Source: Candidatus Moraniibacteriota bacterium
GTDB lineage: Bacteria; Patescibacteriota; Minisyncoccia; JAHIHE01; DAOVOJ01
NCBI GenBank assembly: GCA_030629775.1
Contig: DAOVOJ010000002.1
Span: forward strand, 1 to 37,428
Length of the DNA stretch: 37,428 nt
Reading direction: 5' to 3'
A program made the translations under genes and the position numbers. Shown one piece after another: positions 32,736 through 37,428 of this stretch. The notes under the pieces are model-generated. The model was not told the origin of the DNA. It did no database searches and saw only the letters and a list, made by a program, of their open reading frames with translations. Position 1 is the first letter of the stretch. Every line of letters begins with the position of its first letter.

Positions 32736-34574
32736 ATGTGTGGAATTGCGGGATATATTGGAAAAAATGAGGCGTCGGAATTTTTGATGGACGCCTTAAA
32801 AAGGTTGGAGTACAGGGGATATGATTCCGCCGGCGTGGCTGTTTTGGATAAGAACGGCGAAATAAACTGCGTAAAATCCGTCGGGAAAATTAACGCTCTG
32901 GAAAAAAAGTTGAAGGAAAAAAATTTAAGCGGACGATCAGGGATAGCTCACACGAGATGGGCGACGCACGGGCATCCTTCCGAAAAGAACGCTCATCCTC
33001 ATTGCGACTGCGAGGGAGATATCTACATCGCACATAACGGGATAATTGAAAATTATAAAGCGTTAAAAAGTAAATTGATTCAAGCGGGGCATAAATTCAA
33101 ATCGGAAACGGACACGGAAGTGATCACTCATTTAATAGAAAGCCATTTTCAAGGCAATTTGGAGCAGGCCGTTTTAAACGCGTTAAAACACACGGAAGGA
33201 GCGTACGCAATCGCCGTAATTTCCAAGAACGATCCGGGCAAAATTATAATCGCGAAAAAAAGCAGCCCGTTAATTATAGGCATTGGAGAAAATGAATATT
33301 TTATCGCGTCAGATCCGTCGGCGACGGTTGGATATACCGATAAGGTAATTTATCTTGATGACGGCGAGTTGGGAATTATCACAAAAGACGGATATAAAAT
33401 TATTTCCATTATTGACAGCAATGAAATCCACAAAGATCATTGCAAAGTAGACTTGGATGTTTCCGAAGTTCAGAAAGGCGGCTACGACCATTTTCTTCTG
33501 AAGGAAATATTTGAAGGTCCGGAGGTGGTTAAAAATTCGATCAGAGGCAGGATAATTCCCGATGAAGGATTGGTCAAATTGGGCGGACTGGATGTTCTTG
33601 ACCAAAAGAAATTAAGAAACATAAATAGAATAATTATTATCGCCTGCGGAACGGCAAGCTACGCCGGGCTTGTCGGCGAATATATGCTTGAGGAATACGC
33701 GGGAATTCCGGTGGAAGTTGAGCTTGGCTCTGAATTCAGATACAGAAAACCGATCATAGATGAGAGAACGGCGGTTATGGCGGTCAGCCAGTCCGGCGAA
33801 ACGGCGGACACTCTTGCCTCGCTTCTTGAAGCAAAAAGAAAAGGCGCTTTGACTCTGGGAATCGTTAATGTCGTTGGCAGCGCGATTGCCAGAGAAACGG
33901 ATGCCGGGGTTTACAATCACGCCGGCTCTGAAATATCCGTGGCGTCAACAAAAGCTTTCATTTCTCAAATGACAGTTTTTGCTTTATTGACTGTCTATTT
34001 TGGAAGAACGAGAAATATGTCGCTGACCATGGGAAAACGCATCACGGAAGAAATACAAAAAATACCGTCTCTGATCGAGAAGGTATTGGAAAGCGACGGG
34101 CAAATAAAAATTTTGGCGAAAAAATATTCTGGCTATAAAAACTTTCTTTTTCTTGGCAGAAAATACAATTACCCGATCGCTAAAGAAGGCGCTTTAAAAT
34201 TAAAAGAAATCGCTTATTATATTCACGCCGAAGGATACGCCGGGGGAGAAATGAAGCATGGTCCGATCGCAATGATCGATGAAAATTTTCCCTGCTTTTT
34301 TATAGTTCCAAACGACAGCGTTTATGAAAAAATGTGGAGTAATATGGAAGAAGTAAAAGCCAGAAACGGGAAAATTATTGCTATTGCGACTGAGGGAAAT
34401 GAAGATATAAAAGATCTGGCCGATGATGTGATTTACGTTCCGAAAACATTGGAAATGCTCACGCCCATTTTAACCGCCATCCCTTTACATTTATTTGCGG
34501 CGTATGTTGGAATAGAATTAGGATGCGATATTGATCAACCGAGGAATCTAGCAAAGAGTGTGACGGTGGAGTAG
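32736..34574 (+). CDS. glmS: Glutamine--fructose-6-phosphate aminotransferase
   Basis: N-terminal MCGIAGYIG (Ntn Cys), two SIS domains and the C-terminal PRNLAKSVTVE. Confidence 0.95.
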   Translation: MCGIAGYIGKNEASEFLMDALKRLEYRGYDSAGVAVLDKNGEINCVKSVGKINALEKKLKEKNLSGRSGIAHTRWATHGHPSEKNAHPHCDCEGDIYIAHNGIIENYKALKSKLIQAGHKFKSETDTEVITHLIESHFQGNLEQAVLNALKHTEGAYAIAVISKNDPGKIIIAKKSSPLIIGIGENEYFIASDPSATVGYTDKVIYLDDGELGIITKDGYKIISIIDSNEIHKDHCKVDLDVSEVQKGGYDHFLLKEIFEGPEVVKNSIRGRIIPDEGLVKLGGLDVLDQKKLRNINRIIIIACGTASYAGLVGEYMLEEYAGIPVEVELGSEFRYRKPIIDERTAVMAVSQSGETADTLASLLEAKRKGALTLGIVNVVGSAIARETDAGVYNHAGSEISVASTKAFISQMTVFALLTVYFGRTRNMSLTMGKRITEEIQKIPSLIEKVLESDGQIKILAKKYSGYKNFLFLGRKYNYPIAKEGALKLKEIAYYIHAEGYAGGEMKHGPIAMIDENFPCFFIVPNDSVYEKMWSNMEEVKARNGKIIAIATEGNEDIKDLADDVIYVPKTLEMLTPILTAIPLHLFAAYVGIELGCDIDQPRNLAKSVTVE

Positions 34575-34624
34575 TATTAAGTATATAGTATTAAGTATCA
34601 AGCGTTAATATCACTGCCATTGTT

Positions 34625-35890
34625 TTATTCTTTAACTCTTTTAATATCCGCGCCAAGTTTTTTCAACCTTTCTTCAATTTTTTCATAACCCCGATCAACT
34701 TGTTCTACTTTCTCAATCGTACTTTGTCCTTGGGCGAGGAGGGCGGCAATTATGAGAGTGGCGCCTGCGCGGAGATCAAAACTGGTAATATCTTGGCCAT
34801 ATAAAGGAGTCGGTCCGGTGATCAAAGCACGATGCGGATCACAGATGATTGCGTTCGCGCCCATTTTATTCAGTTCGTTTATGTAAGCTAATCGGCCCTC
34901 ATATAAAGTGTCGTGAATAAGAGTTGTTCCTTCCGCTTGCGTGGCGAGGACAGCAAAAGGCGCTTGTAAATCAGTTGGAATTCCAGGATAAGTCCGAGTT
35001 TCTATTTTTCGAATAGCGTTTAGTCTGCTTACTGGTTTTATTGTTAACCTGTTTTTTTCTGTCTTAAAATTGACGCCGAGTTCCTTTAATTTTTCCAAAA
35101 CTAAATCCAGTTCATGCGGATTTATGTTATTAATCCGGATATTGCCTTTTGTCGCGGCGGCGGCGATGGCAAAAGTGCCGGCTTCAATCGGGTCGGGAAT
35201 TATTTTATGTTCCGCGCCATGCAATTTTTCCACGCCTTGGATTTGAATGGTATGAATACCGAGACCTTTTATTCGCGCGCCCATTTTGTTTAAAAATCTT
35301 GCCAGATCCTGCACATGTGGTTCAATGGCGGCAATGTTAATCGTTGTTGTTCCTTCCGCGAGTGTTGCCGCCATCATTAAGTTTTCGGTCGCGGTAACGG
35401 AAAATTCTTTAAGGACTATTTTTTTTCCAACAAGCCTGCCAGCTTCAAAACAATAAAATCCATTTTCTGAAGTGATCTTTGCTCCCAGCGCTTCAAGCGC
35501 GTCGAAATGAACTCCGATCGGCCTTGCTCCGATAATACATCCTCCCGGCTGTTGGATTTTAAATTTTTTAAATCTTGCTAGCAAACTTCCCAATAATAAA
35601 ATAGACGATCTCATGTTGCCGACTATGGAAAAATCCATTTTTTCCGGATCAACATTATCTCCAGCTTTTATTTTAAGCTTTCTTTTCTCTATCCATTCTG
35701 TTTTAACGCCCATACTTTCTAATATTTCTATCATTTTCAAAACATCAGTGATTAGCGGGATGTTGTCTATGATACATTCTTCCTTTGTCAAAAGGCAGGC
35801 TGAAAGTATCGGTGTAGCGGCGTTTTTTGAGCCTCTAACATCCACTTCGCCTTTCAGCGGTTTTCCGCCATTGATAATAAATTTTTGCAT
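34625..35890 (-). CDS. murA: UDP-N-acetylglucosamine 1-carboxyvinyltransferase
   Basis: MQKFIINGGKPLKGEVDVRGSKNAA, an active-site loop GGCIIGARPIG that includes the Cys, and the C-terminal RGYEKIEERLKKLGA. Confidence 0.95.
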   Translation of the reverse strand: MQKFIINGGKPLKGEVDVRGSKNAATPILSACLLTKEECIIDNIPLITDVLKMIEILESMGVKTEWIEKRKLKIKAGDNVDPEKMDFSIVGNMRSSILLLGSLLARFKKFKIQQPGGCIIGARPIGVHFDALEALGAKITSENGFYCFEAGRLVGKKIVLKEFSVTATENLMMAATLAEGTTTINIAAIEPHVQDLARFLNKMGARIKGLGIHTIQIQGVEKLHGAEHKIIPDPIEAGTFAIAAAATKGNIRINNINPHELDLVLEKLKELGVNFKTEKNRLTIKPVSRLNAIRKIETRTYPGIPTDLQAPFAVLATQAEGTTLIHDTLYEGRLAYINELNKMGANAIICDPHRALITGPTPLYGQDITSFDLRAGATLIIAALLAQGQSTIEKVEQVDRGYEKIEERLKKLGADIKRVKE

Positions 35891-35990
35891 ATTTGTATTA
35901 AATTGTTAAATTGTTGTATTGCTAAATTGTTAATATTTTGGCTTTTGAATAATTTAATGATATAGTATATTTGAGTTAATGACAAGGACG

Positions 35991-36056
35991 AGATAGTATT
36001 AAGTAGCCAGTATCAAGTATTAAGCGCTTGATACTTGATACTTGATACTTAATACT
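35991..36056. repeat. AGTATTAAGTATCAAG-word hairpin between murA and the GlmU-like gene
   Basis: gatagtattaagtagccagtatcaagtattaagcgcttgatacttgatacttgatacttaatact. Confidence 0.8.
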
Positions 36057-36062
36057 AAAAAT

Positions 36063-37265
36063 ATGCAGGCAGTAATTTTAGCCGCGGGAAAATCGACAAG
36101 AACTTATCCGTTGACGCTTACAAAGCCGAAGCCCCTTTTAAAGGTGGCCGGGAAAACGATCATTGAGCATAATTTAGAGCAGCTTGCCGGGTTGGTTGAT
36201 AGCGTTTGCATCGTTGTCGGATATAAATCGGAAATGATAAAAAAATTTGTCGGCGGCAAATTTAAAGGAATGGATATTGAATATGCTGTTCAGAAAGATC
36301 CTGTTGGAAATGCTGACGCCTTAGCGATGGCTGAAAAATTTATCAAAGGAAAGTTTATTTTAATGTTCGGTGATGATCTGTATAGCAAAAAAGACATAGA
36401 GAAATTATTAAAATATGAAAACGCCATTCTGGCGAAAAAAGTTGAAAACCCGGAGCGATTTGGAGTTTTGAAAGTTAAAAATAATATTTTTTCAGAAGTA
36501 GTTGAAAAGCCGAAAGCGTTTGTTTCGGATTTGGTTAATGTGGGATGCTTTGCGTTTACGAAAGATATTTTTAATGTTTTAGGAAAAATCAAACTGTCAA
36601 AAAGAAATGAATACGAACTGACGGACGCCTATAATTTACTTGCCAAAAAGAAAGAAATAAAAGTCGTTGAAGTAAAAAATTACTGGCTGCCGATCACTTA
36701 TCCTTGGAGTTTATTGGACGCGAATGAATATTTATTAGAAAAAATAAAAACTGAAAAAGATAAAAATTATAAAGTTGAAAAAAATGTTCAAATCAAAGGA
36801 GAAATAAAAGTTGGTTCCGGAACCGTAATAAGATCGGGAGTTTACATTGAGGGAAGTGTTGTGATCGGCAAGAATTGCGTTATTGGTCCCAATTGTTATT
36901 TAAGAGGAGCGACAACGATCGGCGACAGCTGCCATATCGGGCAGGCGGTGGAGATTAAAAATTCAATCATTGGCGATAATACTAACATTGCCCATTTGTC
37001 TTATGTCGGTGATTCGGTGATTGGCGACAAGGTCAATTTTGGAGCGGGAACCGTTATCGCTAATTTAAGGTTTGACGGGAAAAATGTAAAAACGCCGGTC
37101 AACGGCGTTGTTCTGGATACCGAGAGAAAAAAGCTCGGCGCTATTATCGGAGACAACTGTAAAACCGGTATCAATGTTTCTTTTTGGCCGGGAGTGAAAA
37201 TTGATCCTAATTCTCAGATATTGCCGGGAGAAGTAGTTGAAAAAGATGTATTAATTTCTTCCTAA
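36063..37265 (+). CDS. Sugar-1-phosphate nucleotidyltransferase with C-terminal left-handed beta-helix (GlmU-like bifunctional enzyme)
   Basis: N-terminal AVILAAGKSTR..PKPLL nucleotidyltransferase signature. The C-terminal part has hexapeptide repeats (IGKNCVIGPNCYL, IGDSCHIGQAVEI, IGDKVNFGAG). I moved the start to the ATG at 36063 because the listed TTG start at 36042 lies in a repeat hairpin. Confidence 0.75.
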   Translation: MQAVILAAGKSTRTYPLTLTKPKPLLKVAGKTIIEHNLEQLAGLVDSVCIVVGYKSEMIKKFVGGKFKGMDIEYAVQKDPVGNADALAMAEKFIKGKFILMFGDDLYSKKDIEKLLKYENAILAKKVENPERFGVLKVKNNIFSEVVEKPKAFVSDLVNVGCFAFTKDIFNVLGKIKLSKRNEYELTDAYNLLAKKKEIKVVEVKNYWLPITYPWSLLDANEYLLEKIKTEKDKNYKVEKNVQIKGEIKVGSGTVIRSGVYIEGSVVIGKNCVIGPNCYLRGATTIGDSCHIGQAVEIKNSIIGDNTNIAHLSYVGDSVIGDKVNFGAGTVIANLRFDGKNVKTPVNGVVLDTERKKLGAIIGDNCKTGINVSFWPGVKIDPNSQILPGEVVEKDVLISS

Positions 37266-37390
37266 AGTGGATAGAGGCGTGTTAAAACTTAAATTTTTAT
37301 TTTGCCTGAATTACAAAATACTGAATTTTAACCGTTGTTTCTGAATAAAAACTGTCATCTCTAAACTGAATTCGGGACGGGCTATAAGCC

Positions 37391-37423
37391 TGTCATCCTG
37401 AACTTGTTTCAGGATCTGTCATG
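37391..37423. repeat. TGTCATCCTGAA hairpin motif at the window edge
   Basis: tgtcatcctgaa-cttgt-ttcaggatctgtcat, related to the termini of the 22344-22521 element. Confidence 0.5.
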
Positions 37424-37428
37424 TGCTA

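Noticed and set aside
5131-36056. Tandem short repeats considered as CRISPR arrays
   Set aside because: The units are 7-16 nt and directly abutting, with no unique spacers. Each array is mirrored by its own reverse complement. No cas genes are present. This is not CRISPR architecture.
36042-36062. Shared N-terminal peptide MILNT(T/K)NM in two unrelated ORFs (30389..30907 and 36042..37265)
   Set aside because: Both listed ORFs start at a TTG inside copies of the AGTATTAAGTATCAAG repeat. The similarity is repeat-derived. The real starts are most likely the downstream ATGs at 30886 (or 30877) and 36063.

Overview
This is a 37.4-kb window from an AT-rich, compact bacterial genome. Gene content and style suggest a Patescibacteria/CPR-like organism, but that is inference. 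All protein calls come from motif recognition in the supplied translations; no searches were run.

Most of the window is housekeeping:
- Glycolysis and sugar transfer: fba, tpiA, a WbaP-like sugar transferase.
- Transcription: rnpB (RNase P RNA), and rpoB and rpoC separated by an extra gene.
- Replication, division and repair: ftsK, a RodZ-like protein, recA, comM/yifB.
- Translation-related and other: an ABC-F ATPase, a DksA/TraR zinc-finger protein, lspA, cca.
- Cell-wall precursors: glmS, murA, a GlmU-like nucleotidyltransferase.
- Six tRNAs: Leu-UAG, Leu-CAA, Val-GAC, Ile-UAU, Phe-GAA, Ser-CGA.

The genetic code is standard. TGA terminates fba and the DUF4446 gene.

Three things stand out:
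1. A tightly coupled two-gene cassette sits directly 3' of tRNA-Ser. It encodes a DUF5343-like protein plus a Swt1-type HEPN protein with an Rx4H motif. This is my best candidate for an uncharacterised RNA-targeting defence or toxin module.
2. An AT-rich islet lies between rpoC and ftsK. It holds a DUF218 gene with an in-frame TGA, a divergent DUF218 paralog, and a AAA+ ATPase fused to a PD-(D/E)xK (DUF4143-like) domain.
3. Nearly every intergenic spacer is filled by hairpins built from tandem 7-16-nt words, or by a nested CCCCTC/GAGGGG palindromic element. Two of the word families also occur in frame inside tpiA, rpoB and cca.

Also notable:
- A tRNA-Ile with a UAU anticodon.
- A VanZ-PP-loop ATPase fusion.
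- A long structured leader with a tiny ORF upstream of the ABC-F gene.
- Almost no Shine-Dalgarno sequences, alongside recurrent TTGACA-N16/17-TGnTAnAAT promoters.
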